Positions 1 to 11,579 of a stretch of 47,928 nucleotides of DNA are shown here, piece after piece. The notes under the pieces are model-generated. The model worked only from the letters and a program-made list of their open reading frames with translations. It did not search any database and had not been told where the DNA came from. This stretch comes from Octopus bimaculoides (Eukaryota), in contig NC_069003.1 of the NCBI RefSeq assembly GCF_001194135.2, forward strand, positions 23,102,149 to 23,150,076. The letters run 5' to 3'. The position numbers were made by a program, and so were the translations under genes. Numbering within the stretch: position 1 is the stretch's first letter; every line of letters starts with the position of its first letter.

Positions 1-57
<57 letters not shown>

Positions 58-110
58 CAGAAACGCACACACACATACATATATATATATACACACACAT
101 ATACTCATTT
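1..110. repeat. (AT)n/(AC)n microsatellite
   Basis: Direct read of dinucleotide runs. Confidence 0.95.
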
Positions 111-227
111 ACCCAAATTTATATACGTGTATATACACATGTACTTAAATATACCCCGTTCCTTTCTGTTTTATAATTGGATGTACATACAGTTAATTAT
201 GACATTTATATGTTTCCAACTAATTAT

Positions 228-308
228 GCAACAAGAAGATGGAGGAGGAGGAGGAGGAGGAGGAGAAGACGAAGAAGAAGAAAAAGAAGAGCAACAACAA
301 CAACACCA
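228..308. repeat. Compound trinucleotide microsatellite (GGA/GAA/CAA)
   Basis: Direct read; explains the poly-G/E/Q/R ORFs at 127-413. Confidence 0.9.
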
Positions 309-339
309 ATAACGATTTCAAATTTTTGCCACGAGGGCA

Positions 340-520
340 GCCTGGGGAAGGGGACTAAGTCGATTACGTTGACCCCAGTGCATAACTTATTTAATCGACC
401 CCCGAAAGGATGAAAAGCGAAGTCGACACCGGCGGTATTTGAACTGAGAACGTAAGGACAGACGAAATGCCGCTAAGCATTTTGCTCGACGTGCTAACGA
501 TTCTGCCAGTCCTCCGCCTT
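340..520 (-). mobile_element. tRNA-derived SINE, family A (GGCGG..CTGGCAGAATCGTTAGC head)
   Basis: The reverse complement has a tRNA-like A box (TGGCAGAATCG), a B box (GTTCAAAT) and the body GTCGAC..TTTCATCCTTTCGGGG. Further copies at 895, 15295, 21672 and 42164. Confidence 0.85.
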
Positions 521-530
521 AATAATAATC

Positions 531-561
<31 letters not shown>

Positions 562-640
562 GTACAACAACAAGTACATAAATAGCAATAATAACAATAA
601 AAACCACAATTACAACAGCAGCAACAACTACGGCTACAAC
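521..640. repeat. (AAT)n/(AAC)n microsatellite
   Basis: Direct read; explains the poly-N ORF at 467-799. Confidence 0.9.
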
Positions 641-894
641 ATTTATAAGGTCTTTAATAGTTTTCCATACACGCACACATACACACACACACACATATAC
701 ACGCACACACATATATTTATATATATACATGTATACATTCATACATTGTCTAAACTAATAAGCTCCCCCCCACAAAAAAAATATGTCACATACAAATAGA
801 TCTGCTGGAAAGATATATATTGACAACAACAGTAACACAAATATTTGTGACACAACTACAATAACAGCGACAGTATCAACAACAATAATTATTT

Positions 895-1022
895 CAACTG
901 GTACTTATTTTATCGACCCCGAAAGGGTAAAAGGCAAAGTCGACATCGGCTGAATTTGAACTCAGAACGTAGCGACGGGCGAATAACCGCTAAGCATCTC
1001 GTCCAACGCGCTAGCGATTCCG
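895..1022 (-). mobile_element. SINE family A fragment
   Basis: Matches 380-500 (CGACCCCGAAAGG..AAAGTCGAC..TTTGAACTCAGAACG). Confidence 0.8.
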
Positions 1023-1099
1023 AGTATTAACAACAATAATGATCACAACAACAGTGACGGCATAAACTATGAAAGAAATAATCACCACAACAATAATTA

Positions 1100-1435
1100 T
1101 ACAACAGGCCGGCAGGAGACTCCGTCGGTTACGACGACGAGTGTTTCAGTTGATCCGATCAAGGAACAGCCTGCTCGTGAGACTGACGCGAAAGTGGTTG
1201 AGCATTCCACAGACTCGCGTACACTTGACGTAGTTCTCAGGGAGATCCAGTGTGATACACCGAATATGACACACCGAATGTGGCACACCGAATGTGACAA
1301 CTCGTTCTTACCAGCTGAATGGACTGGAGCAACAGGAAATGAAATGTCTCGTTCCAGGACACGACACGCCGCCGGGAATCGAACTCAGCACTTTACGATC
1401 GTGAGCCGAATGCACTAACCACTAAGCCACGCGCC
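1100..1435 (-). mobile_element. tRNA-derived SINE sharing its 3' tail with family C
   Basis: The reverse complement begins GGCGCGTGGCTTAGTGGTTAG..GAGTTCGATTCCC (A and B boxes). It ends CACGAGCAGGCTGTTCC.TTGATCGGATCAACTG..GTCGTAACCGACGGAGT, as in 10587-10970. Confidence 0.8.
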
Positions 1436-1592
1436 TTGGCAATTATGCAACAGCAACGGCATCAATAACACCAGTCAGAAAAATGACAAGAAGAAGAAGA
1501 AGAAGAATAATAGTGTGAACATCAACACCAGCAACAATAACAACAATGACAGCATTAACAATCAACGACAGCAAGAACATCAACATTAAAAA

Positions 1593-1735
1593 TGTTCGGC
1601 AAAAGAGACACCGATAGAATAAGTACTAGGCTTACAAAGAATAAGTCCTGGGGTCGATTTGATTGGACTAAAGGCCGTGCTCCAGCATGGCGACAGTCAA
1701 ATGACTGAAACAAGTAAAAAGAAAGAATAAAGAAT
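1593..1735 (+). mobile_element. SINE family B, 3' fragment
   Basis: GATAGAATAAGTACTAGGCTTACAAAGAATAAGTCCTGGGGTCGATTTG..CTCCAGCATGG..GACTGAAACAAGTAAAA is shared with the other family B copies. Confidence 0.85.
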
Positions 1736-1849
1736 TTTAAGTAGAAGTCAAAGACTAAAGACAATTATACTGAAGCATTTATCATTCCCATTTTGTCCTT
1801 TTTGCCTCCAATACCCATATAAAAATTTCCGGCGCCACCCACGGACTAT

Positions 1850-4395
1850 GAGAGATAAACAGGAATACGTATTCATTCTGAGAACATGTAGTAAACTAAC
1901 GAATTGTGGGAGCAACGTGTATCAAGGTCGGACATTACTTTGCCGATGCTCAATATAAAGACACAGTGTCATGAAACAGAAGTCAGAGCAGACGAGAGAC
2001 AAATAAACAGCTGGATGCGATGCTAGTTAGGATGATGTGAATTTAACCGAATCTACTTTTTATTATGAAATAACTTAAACGAAAAACAAAAATAACTGTT
2101 CACTCTGAAGACATCATATAAACGAACGTACTGTGGAAGTCTGACATTGTTTTGTCGATGTCTATCATAAGATAACTATTTAGATGCAATGGAGCTGAAA
2201 ATCCTTGTTCAGACAATTTCAAGAGATCTAAACATTGCAGAGAACTAACATGTCCGTTACTGACTATAGATGGTTAATATGTCTAACATTAACTGTAGAC
2301 AACAGATAAGTTTATCTCTATGAATTCACTTCCTACACCATCACTAGTAGTTTCTAGGTAAATTATTCTGGATTTAAGTGGTCTATTTTTCTAAATTGCC
2401 TTTTAAGCTAATAAACAACATTACTTCGGCGTTGAAGATATAGAATTGGGAAAATATATTTAGAGCGAACAATAAAATATACAAAATTTTAAGTTACTTA
2501 TTTTAACAAGACAGATGCCTCGTGGCAGTTACATTGTGCATTTTAATGCTAGGCGGGTAGCCCTCAACTTAAGAACTATCGTGTGTCTCATTTGAAGTTT
2601 TATATTACATTGTGTTGAAAACAACTTTTCATACAAGTATTTCAATGAGATATTGCTTGGTAATTTAAGATATCACAATTCATGGGAATGCAAGTCATTT
2701 GTTTACAATTTGGGTGAATATTCACGATTACCATTACATGTTTACGATCAAATTCTTCTGAAGTAGTTAAAAATACGGATCTTGCTTCCAAATTCGATTG
2801 GATTGCAAATCAACTAATCGTATTTCTAGAAAATTTTAAGTCTAATCACTGGATGCATTATGTTTCAGCTCCGTGAAATCAGCTTCATTACAATATTTTA
2901 TGGATTTATTATTTTTTAACTCTCTCTGTGGTACAGATCTAGAAGAAAATTACCCAGTCATAACCTTTAGAACGTTTATAATTTCGTTTGTTGCTCAAGA
3001 TTTTTTCAGCTGGTTTCCTCATTAAATTTCGGCCTACCATCAGGGACACCATCATTCATTGCAGGAACAATTTTTGACATATATTTGTCTTTTTGAGAAT
3101 CATTTTAACAATGCAATCGTTTATGTCTATTCCGGACATGTTTACAGGAAATTTCTCTAACTTAATTAGCAATCATTAGCATTCATTTCTATCTTTAATT
3201 GTATTTCTACATATTACTAACTCATTCACACGATTTATAATTATGATTTTCATCAGAAAATCAAAACATGTAAGTGAAACACATTTAACAAAAAGAGATT
3301 TTCAATGAAAACTCACCCTTCTTAGGGATTTTCAATGATCAATAATAGTATGTTAAATACTAAAACTCATAGATACTAATAGTGAAGACACATGGCTCAG
3401 TGGTTAGAACATCGGGCTCGCAGTCATGAGGTAGTGAGTTCGATTCCTGGACTGAGCTGTGTGTTGTGTTTTTGAGCAAGGCTCTTTATTTCACGTTGCT
3501 CCAATTCACTCAGTTGTAGAAATGAGTTGCTAGGTCACTGATGCCAAGTTGTATCGGCCTTTACCTTTCCCTTGGACAACATCAGTGGTGTGGAGAGGGG
3601 AGGCTGGTATATATGAGCGACTGCTGATCTTCCACAAACAACCTTTCTCAGACTTGTGCCCCGGAGGGTAACTTTCTAGGTGCAATCCCATGGTCATTCA
3701 TTACCGGAAAGGGGTCTTTGCCCCTAAATAGAAACTAATTAGGACGTTCCTATCGAGGATTTAAATATATTCTCTGATTGGGATTATATCTTTTCGTATG
3801 CATATTCTCTGCGGTCTTTCACACCATCTTCTGTTCTTTTTTTTTAAGCGCCAGTGGCGTTTCATGTTAAAGTGACTTTTTTATATTTCAAGTTCTCCTC
3901 GCAAATAGCTCTTTCAAAAAAATCATATAATTTTATCAGTTTTATCAACAACTCTATATGGTTCACTGAAGTAAACTTTGAAAATTTCGCCCACTTCCTT
4001 TTTTGTGATAATATCTATTTTTTTTTTATAAGCAGTTAGTTAATGCCATTTTGATTGGATTCAGAAAAGAACTGAGAAAAAAAAAGGAACTAAAATCCTG
4101 CACCTGTCATATCGTGTTCGCCTGCACGAGTGATCAATGATGAGTTACTAATCCATTAATTTGTAAGCGACTTTTAATGAATGTGTTGTGATACGATGTG
4201 CTGTATTAGTGGATATCACAGAAAAATATAAAATTTTCAGACTAATATCTTAAACTTGTGAAAGTTTTTGTCAAATCTAATGAGATTTCCATAACGTGTC
4301 ATAGCAGAGAAATTTGTTTCATTGTCCATCACGTGTCACCTAAAATCCTGGCGCGTGTCACTGCTGACACGTGTACCATACATTCGTCTTCATTG
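1850..4395 (-). mobile_element. Decayed hAT (Buster/Charlie-type) DNA transposon, copy 1
   Basis: The terminus CAATGAAGACGAATGTATGGTACACGTG resembles Buster-type ends, and the flank TCCTAGAT fits the nnnTAnnn target. The minus strand has a remnant EQGFSA (2193-2213) and QCQTS of the hAT dimerisation domain, and a frameshifted HNV..L.RG (VRWLSRG-like) near 2520-2545. The left boundary is uncertain. Confidence 0.75.
3383..3727 (+). mobile_element. tRNA-derived SINE (family D) inserted into hAT copy 1
   Basis: Head TGGCTCAGTGGTTAG..GAGTTCGATTCC; flanked by a degenerate TSD ATAGATACTAATAG / ATAGAAACTAATTAG; absent from the paralogous site near 23045. Confidence 0.85.
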
Positions 4396-4399
4396 TCCT

Positions 4400-4700
4400 A
4401 GATACTATATCTGCAAAAAAAAAAGAAAAAAATACGGTACTGTCACGGTTTGAATGCTTTTGATTATAGACATCGTGTCTAACCTGGAACTGAACAAGAA
4501 TAACAAAAATTACAGCTCGGGCCTAACGAGGGAACCGTTCCGTTGCACTCGATCTGTTAGGTATACCAAACAAGTCTCCCTCAAGTCACAATCTATGTTA
4601 AAATGGACACGGTGGGTAACGTAATCTTGAATTGCCTGCATTTAAGAAAAAAGAAAATTAGATGGCCACAGCTGCAGCGCCTTTGATTCTTGATTTCAGT
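4400..4700 (-). repeat. Interspersed repeat of unknown class (about 205-bp unit, AAAGGCATTCCAGCCGTGACC-like motif)
   Basis: Inverted homology to 22150-22410; related motif at about 5540-5610. Confidence 0.55.
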
Positions 4701-5015
4701 TAAACAACAAAAACAACACTACACTACAGTAAGTTTCACTGTGCTACACTATAAAAGCTTGTTCTGCGCCATAGCACATCATTCCACGCAATACAATATC
4801 CTTGCACTCCACAGTATAAAACCCTGCACCATACACTCAACTACACTCCTATTATACTATACTACATATCACCCGGACTGATCCCCTTCTCTGTTTCTAC
4901 ATAAAACTGTTGCTTTAGGTGTGGCCCCGATCTTTCCGACTTCTTTGATATCTTAATACCCTTTCTTAAACTTACTCAACCAATCTCAGTCTTTCCCTTG
5001 CTCCCAATTCTACCC

Positions 5016-5019
<4 letters not shown>

Positions 5020-5059
<40 letters not shown>

Positions 5060-5335
5060 CTCTCTCTCTCTCATTCTCTCTCACTCTCATTCTCTCTCCC
5101 TCTCATTCGCTCTCTCTCATTCTCTCTCTCTCCCTCTCTCTCTCTCTCTCCCTCTCTCTCTCTCTCATATTCTCTCTCTCTCTCTTACTCGGTCTCTCTC
5201 TTTGTCATAGCCTCTTTCTCTTACTCAGTCTCTATCGTACTCAATCTTTCTCTCTCTCTCTTACTCTTACTCTTTCTTTCTCTTTCTCTTCCTCTGTTTT
5301 CTTTCTCTTTCTCTCTCTTTCTCTCTCTGTCTCTA
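5020..5335. repeat. Degenerate (CT)n microsatellite
   Basis: Direct read; explains the SLSL ORF at 4998. Confidence 0.95.
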
Positions 5336-5675
5336 TTCCATTACCTTCAACACTTCTTAAATCATTTTCTTTTCTGCTCATCTCGTAGATTCATAGCTGC
5401 AACCATCAAGCACTTCACGCCAAAAGATAATAGGAATCCTTTTCATATAGTCTGGACCTGTTTGACGCCACAACCGAGTTTCTACTACCTTAAAAGAGAA
5501 AGGATACATTAGGTAGCGGGCTACTTCCCCTTATAAGACATTTGGTTATGGCTGGAAAGACTTTGATCATATAGTTATTCAGCTTGAGCTGATTATGGGC
5601 CAAACAACATCTACACAAGTAAACGAACACCATATCGCATCACAACTAAAAAATTGTCAAATTGTCAACTGATAT

Positions 5676-5784
5676 GCGCAGATGTGGCTGTGTGGTAAGA
5701 CGCTAGCTTCCAAGTCACATGATTCTGGGTTCAGTCCAACCGAGAGGCACCTTAGGAAAGTGTCTTCTACTATAACCTGTCGTA

Positions 5785-5824
<40 letters not shown>

Positions 5825-6015
5825 TGTGTGCGTGTTTGTGTCTGTCCCACACCAACACTTGGAGCCTGTGTTAGCGTTTCGACAAAAGAGAAGGATAGAA
5901 TAAGTATTAGGTTTTTAATAAGTCCTGGAGTCAATTTGTTGGATTAAAACCCTTCAAGTCAGTACCCCAGCATGGCCGCAGTCAAATTACTGAAAAAAGG
6001 AAAAGATAAAAGATA
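5676..6015 (+). mobile_element. SINE family B (GGCGTGGCTGTGTGGTAAG head, internal (GT)n)
   Basis: tRNA-like head, GGCACCTT.GG.AAGTGTCTTCTACTATA, internal (TG)n and the family B 3' end; internally deleted. Confidence 0.85.
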
Positions 6016-6199
6016 ATGAAAAATATGCATTTAGTTGGAGAAAAATATGGAAACCTAGCGGTAATAGTTAATAATTCACAAAGACAAGGGGAAGTAATTT
6101 CAAGAAATTATGAATTAATCTCTTTAAATGAATTTACATGCTCGGGATAAAAATCGCTCTTTGCCTGCTTTATTTAGACCTCATTAGCTTTGTCTAATA

Positions 6200-6645
6200 T
6201 ATGGAAGTCTTTTTTGATGAGTTCACAAAGGTTTGTTACAAAGACAAGAAGTGTCGACAATGCTACTACTTGTTCAGCAATCAATTCAGGCAGGCTCACA
6301 TGATTTGGGGTATAAGGCCTTGCTCCTGATCTGCTGCAGGTGAAGCTATTTGACGCAACGGAGAAGTGACGTTTCTCAAGTGCTCTTCCATATTTTCTCT
6401 GTTGTTTCTCTTCAGTGGCTGGAGTTACGGGCTTCAGCGATTGGTACCATTCATGGCGCTGCAGGCCCAGGTGTCTGGGGGAGATGCCACAATTCTTCAT
6501 ATGTCTCTTCAGCACATCCCTGTATCATAACCTGTGGCCACAACAGCTTCACGTACCCTGACGCAATTCAGCATGAAAAAAAAAAAAACCCTGCTTTTGG
6601 GAGCCTGCCGCCCTCCATCCTGTTAACATGTCCCGCCCCAAAACC
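6200..6645 (-). mobile_element. RTE-clade LINE 3' fragment
   Basis: The minus strand reads VNRMEGGRLPKA.F..ELRQGT..RL.YRDVLKRHMKNCGISPDTW...FTC, typical of the RTE ORF C-terminus; contains stops and frameshifts. Confidence 0.75.
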
Positions 6646-6849
6646 CTATACAATATTATAAACACGGCAATATTTCTCGGTTCAATAGTCAACAGGTAAA
6701 ATTATTACTGAGCAGTTATTCATTTGATATTTAAATGTCCCACTATTAATTCTCGTATCAATGCTTTTTATCTCATGATCTGCTTCTGTTCCTCTTTTTT
6801 TCTCCTCGTGGCTGCTTTCCCCACTCGGTTGAACAACCTCAGAGAGGCT

Positions 6850-7210
6850 TACTTGTTTCAGTCATTAGACCGCGGCCATGCTGGGGCACCGCCTTGAAGA
6901 AGTTTTAAGGGAATGAATCGACCTCAAAACTTTTTTTAAAGCCTCGTACATAACCGAACCGCTAAGTTATGGGTACGTAAACACACCAACACCGGTTGTC
7001 AGGCGGGGGTGGAGAACAAATACAAAGACACACACACACACACACACATATACGATGGACTTCTTTCAGTTTCCTTCTACCAAATCCACTCGCAAGGATT
7101 TGGTCGGCCCAAGGCTATGGTAGAAAATATTTGCTCAAGGTGCCACGCAGTGGAACTGAACCTGGAACGATGTGGTTGGAAAGCAAGCTTCTTACCACTC
7201 TACCACGCCT
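6850..7210 (-). mobile_element. SINE family B, near full length
   Basis: Reverse complement of family B, from GTTTCAGTCATT..CCATGCTGGGGCACCGCC to the head. Confidence 0.85.
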
Positions 7211-7299
7211 GAATAATAATGAATAATTCTAGTATATGAAACCACTTTCTTACTTGTCGTTGTATTCTCTCTTCACTAAAACTGGACAGCTACATACAA

Positions 7300-8390
7300 C
7301 GTGTGAACATTTAAGATGTTAGTCTACTTTCACCCTCTTCCGTTTTTTCAGGTATTCACCATCTAAAGCATCTTTGTGTTATCTTTACTGCAAAACCCTA
7401 TTTTTAGTTTATTCACAATATCTATTGTTTCTTGATTTTCTTCACAACAATTTGCATTTTTCTTTTGCTTTGCTTTTGTATTTGTCGGCTTCCTTGAGGG
7501 TAGAAAGCAGTTTTTTTTTGGGGGGGGGGGGTTGTTTTGTCAATGTTTTGCAGCTCTTTGTATTAGTTTTTCATTATTCTTTGCTAGATATTTTTGTAGT
7601 CACACAACACATATGCTATAATAGTTTTCTTGTTGCACAAGATTACGGGTAGCATATTCAAATTACTTTTTTCTTGTTTTCTTTCTGTCTGCTCTTAATA
7701 TATTTAGCGTCCGGTTGCGAATATAACATTCACTTATTACTGGAACAGCTGGAGTATTGATTACTTTTTACATTTAGCTCTGCTTGAAGTAATAATCTAA
7801 TCTGCCAGTAATATTCATTCCTTGTCGCTCCTTTTATTTCTGTGCGTCGCATTCTATCTAGTTCATTGATTGGTAAGGATTTGTAAGTCAGTGTTTGGTC
7901 TAATTATGTTTTTTTTTTATTTAACATATTAGTATTCTTAATTATTTGATTTTTTTCGCTTCCAGGTTGCTTTGGTGCATTCTTGTAATCCGAAACTCAT
8001 GAAATGTTTTCTATTAAATGCTTGTACTATCTCTGAGAGTTGTTCTAGTTATTTATCATCTGCTGAATACAATTTGTGGACATTCATGCACAAAACATGG
8101 TTGGGATCTATTTTAAAACGGGGGCCACATTTTTCATTAATGTTTTACGTAGTGTTTTTGGTACGGAAAGACTTTCAAACTTCGTATACTTATCTATTTT
8201 GTGTTATAGAACAGAAAAATATTTTTGTATTCGAATTTATTTCACGTAAAAAATTGTCTTATTTCGATAATTTCAACCAATCACTGACAAGTATTCAGTT
8301 GTTTACATTTACTCCTTTGGTTCATTAAGCGATGTAAAGCGTATTTAATCTCCATACCTTCGTTTTATTTGCTTTTTTCATTTTAAATTT
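7300..8390 (-). mobile_element. R4/Dong-like non-LTR retrotransposon fragment (RT C-terminal region), highly decayed
   Basis: The minus strand reads NHVLCMN..KLYSADDK.LEQL..IVQAF..MSFGLQEC and AELNVKSN, homologous to the RT at 12927-13443. Confidence 0.65.
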
Positions 8391-8395
8391 GCTTT

Positions 8396-9211
8396 NNNNN
8401 NNNNNNNNNNNNNNNNNNNNNNNNNNNNNNNNNNNNNNNNNNNNNNNNNNNNNNNNNNNNNNNNNNNNNNNNNNNNNNNNNNNNNNNNNNNNNNNNNNNN
8501 NNNNNNNNNNNNNNNNNNNNNNNNNNNNNNNNNNNNNNNNNNNNNNNNNNNNNNNNNNNNNNNNNNNNNNNNNNNNNNNNNNNNNNNNNNNNNNNNNNNN
8601 NNNNNNNNNNNNNNNNNNNNNNNNNNNNNNNNNNNNNNNNNNNNNNNNNNNNNNNNNNNNNNNNNNNNNNNNNNNNNNNNNNNNNNNNNNNNNNNNNNNN
8701 NNNNNNNNNNNNNNNNNNNNNNNNNNNNNNNNNNNNNNNNNNNNNNNNNNNNNNNNNNNNNNNNNNNNNNNNNNNNNNNNNNNNNNNNNNNNNNNNNNNN
8801 NNNNNNNNNNNNNNNNNNNNNNNNNNNNNNNNNNNNNNNNNNNNNNNNNNNNNNNNNNNNNNNNNNNNNNNNNNNNNNNNNNNNNNNNNNNNNNNNNNNN
8901 NNNNNNNNNNNNNNNNNNNNNNNNNNNNNNNNNNNNNNNNNNNNNNNNNNNNNNNNNNNNNNNNNNNNNNNNNNNNNNNNNNNNNNNNNNNNNNNNNNNN
9001 NNNNNNNNNNNNNNNNNNNNNNNNNNNNNNNNNNNNNNNNNNNNNNNNNNNNNNNNNNNNNNNNNNNNNNNNNNNNNNNNNNNNNNNNNNNNNNNNNNNN
9101 NNNNNNNNNNNNNNNNNNNNNNNNNNNNNNNNNNNNNNNNNNNNNNNNNNNNNNNNNNNNNNNNNNNNNNNNNNNNNNNNNNNNNNNNNNNNNNNNNNNN
9201 NNNNNNNNNNN
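8396..9211. other. Assembly gap (other gaps: 14913-15294, 16510-17074, 26188-26350, 29249-29734, 41034-about 41376, 43641-43696, 46929-47440)
   Basis: N runs, mostly bordered by microsatellites or repeats. Confidence 0.99.
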
Positions 9212-9347
9212 CGTGTATAAAATTTTATACTATTTGTTCTATATTTCTTATTCCTTATGTTTGACGGATTATGCTGTATATCTTATATATGTTCATTCAG
9301 CGGGTGTGATATGTTGAGTCGTTAACACAGCGTTTTTATTCTATAAC

Positions 9348-9391
<44 letters not shown>

Positions 9392-9401
9392 ACAATTATT
9401 C

Positions 9402-9475
9402 GGTTGCCATAATAAGACTCCGAGTTTCGGATGTCGGAATACTGCTCCGGCATCTCGTCAGTTATCGAGGCAATC
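9402..9475 (-). ncRNA. Type I hammerhead ribozyme motif (Penelope-like/retrozyme type)
   Basis: Minus strand: GATTGCC-TC-GATAA CTGACGA GATGCCGGA-GCAGTAT-TCCGACATC-C GAAAC TCGGA GTC TTATT-AT-GGCAACC. Core CUGANGA, GAAA and the GUC triplet are present, and stems I, II and III can be drawn. Confidence 0.75.
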
Positions 9476-9819
9476 AAATAATGCTATGAAAGTGACTGTT
9501 AAATAAAGGAAAATTACTATGTAATTGACCGTTACTAAGACAAAAGAGCTATTAGAATGACCAATAAATAAAGGGAAAAAAACCGAAGGGGAGAAAGTAA
9601 GCAAGTAAGGAAGTAAAAATGCTCATAGAAATTGCGTAAGCGCGCATGTACATACATACACATGCGCGCATGTACACCCGCGTACATGTGCCTATATGCA
9701 TATGCTCATTCACACTCGCGTGAAATACATACATGCATACCCACACATGCACCTATATATGCACATATATATGCAACCATGCATGTACACGTATGCATAT
9801 CCGCACACACGCGCGCCAA

Positions 9820-10095
9820 CAGATGACAACACATGGCTGTGTGCGCTGTGAGAGATAACAGTGACCTTAATGAGGCAGTTTGTCGAATGACGTCGCTGTG
9901 TTTACTTCGCAAGTTGTGAAATTTGTGCTTTTGTGATCGTGTGTATGCTGTAGTCAGCGATTTTGTCATGGGCAGGATGTTGGAACAAAGAGCCAACGTG
10001 AAATTTTGCATTGAACTTGGGAACTGTGTTACAGAGACATGCTTCGGCAAGCTTACGGCGACGTGGCAATGAATCGTACGCAATGTGTATGTGTG
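9820..10095 (+). mobile_element. Mariner transposase 5' fragment
   Basis: From the ATG at 9968: MGRMLEQRANVKFCIELG...(frameshift) LRQAYGDVAMNRTQC, a Mos1-type N-terminal HTH. Confidence 0.8.
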
Positions 10096-10586
10096 TGTTT
10101 AACCCGATGATATGTTTATATCTGTTCAATTGATCGACAATGTTCAAGACCACTTTTCTTTTATTTGTTGGTGTTATTTACCGTTAAGTTTTATCGAGAG
10201 GAAGATCTATTACTTATATTATCGTATCTATGTTTTCCATCGCTAGAATTTTCTATTTTCGTATTGTCTTCATATTCTCTTTTATTCATATATTTCTTTG
10301 CATTGTTCTGCTCTGGTCAGCATTCTGTAGATATTTCACTATTTGATCTAGTTGAATATTGCTATTTCCTTTATACGTTTTAGACTCTATCTTTCTGGTT
10401 CACACTCCCAATCTTTTTATTTTGCTGTACATTTTTTATCGTTATTTGGGTTTTCACAATTTATTCTTCTGTTTAAGTGTTTTATTTTGATTTCTGATAT
10501 TTTTAAAAACATCTTTTTAACACAGCTTATACGTACTTTTTTTCTTAAAGCATCCTTTTTAACATAGCTTATATGTACTGTGTGGT

Positions 10587-10970
10587 GGAGGCGCAATGGC
10601 CCAGTGGTTAGGGCAGCGGATTCACGGTCATAAGATCGCGGTTTCGATTCCTAGACAGTGCGTTGTGAGTGTTTATTGAGCGAAAACACCTAAAGCTCCA
10701 CGAGGCTTCGGCAGGGGATGGTAGCGAACCCTGCTGTACTTTTTCACCACAACTTTATCTCACTCTTACTTCCTGTTTCTGTTGTGCCTGTAATTCAAAG
10801 GGTCAGCCTTGTCACACTGTGTCACGCTGAATATCCCTGAGAACTACGTTAAGGGTACACGTGTCTGTGGAGTGCTCAGCTACTTGCACGTTAATTTCAC
10901 GAGCAGGCTGTTCCGTTGATCGGATCAACTGGAACCCTTGACGTCGTAAGCGACGGAGTGCCAACAACAA
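10587..10970 (+). mobile_element. tRNA-derived SINE family C, full length
   Basis: GGAGGCGCAATGGCCCAGTGGTTAGGGCAGCG..GGTTTCGATTCC head and (CAA)n tail; close copy at 45587-45976. Confidence 0.9.
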
Positions 10971-11374
10971 TATACGTACTGTGTGTACGATTTTTTCTAG
11001 GGTGCACTCCGCCCACTGTTACTTGATGTAAACTCAGTATTTTAGATTCATTTTTATTTTACCGGTTATATGGTTCTAAATACTCCCACGATCCTATATA
11101 TACTTACTTTATGATTTAACTCTAACCTCTAGGTAAGTTAATCTCAACTGCCTCTAGTATAATCTCGTTATAGCTAATTAATATTATGGTTGCAAAAGTT
11201 TAGAGACCGTCTTCTATTTCTGCATTTAAATTCTTCTTAGTTGCTCTTCCTCTTTTAGTTCTTTCCTTTCTTTTTATATATAGTCTTACATTTAAATATT
11301 TATATATTTGTCTTATTAGCTATTTGTCCGTATCTAAGCTTTGGGCATTTGCCTAAGCGTATCTGAACCGTATA

Positions 11375-11382
11375 TATATGCA

Positions 11383-11444
<62 letters not shown>

Positions 11445-11562
11445 GTGTGTATGTATGTATGTATATGTATGTATGTATATGTATGTGTGTATATGTATGT
11501 ATGTATGTATGTACGTATGTATTTGTAGGTATGTATGTATGTATTATATATGTATGTATGCA
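11375..11562. repeat. (AT)n plus (ATGT)n microsatellite
   Basis: Direct read. Confidence 0.95.
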
Positions 11563-11579
11563 TACAAGTTCTCTTCTGT

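Noticed and set aside
6174-6515. 113-aa ORF as a host gene or retrogene
   Set aside because: Its N-terminal half is the C-terminus of an RTE LINE ORF read through a frameshift into 3' UTR
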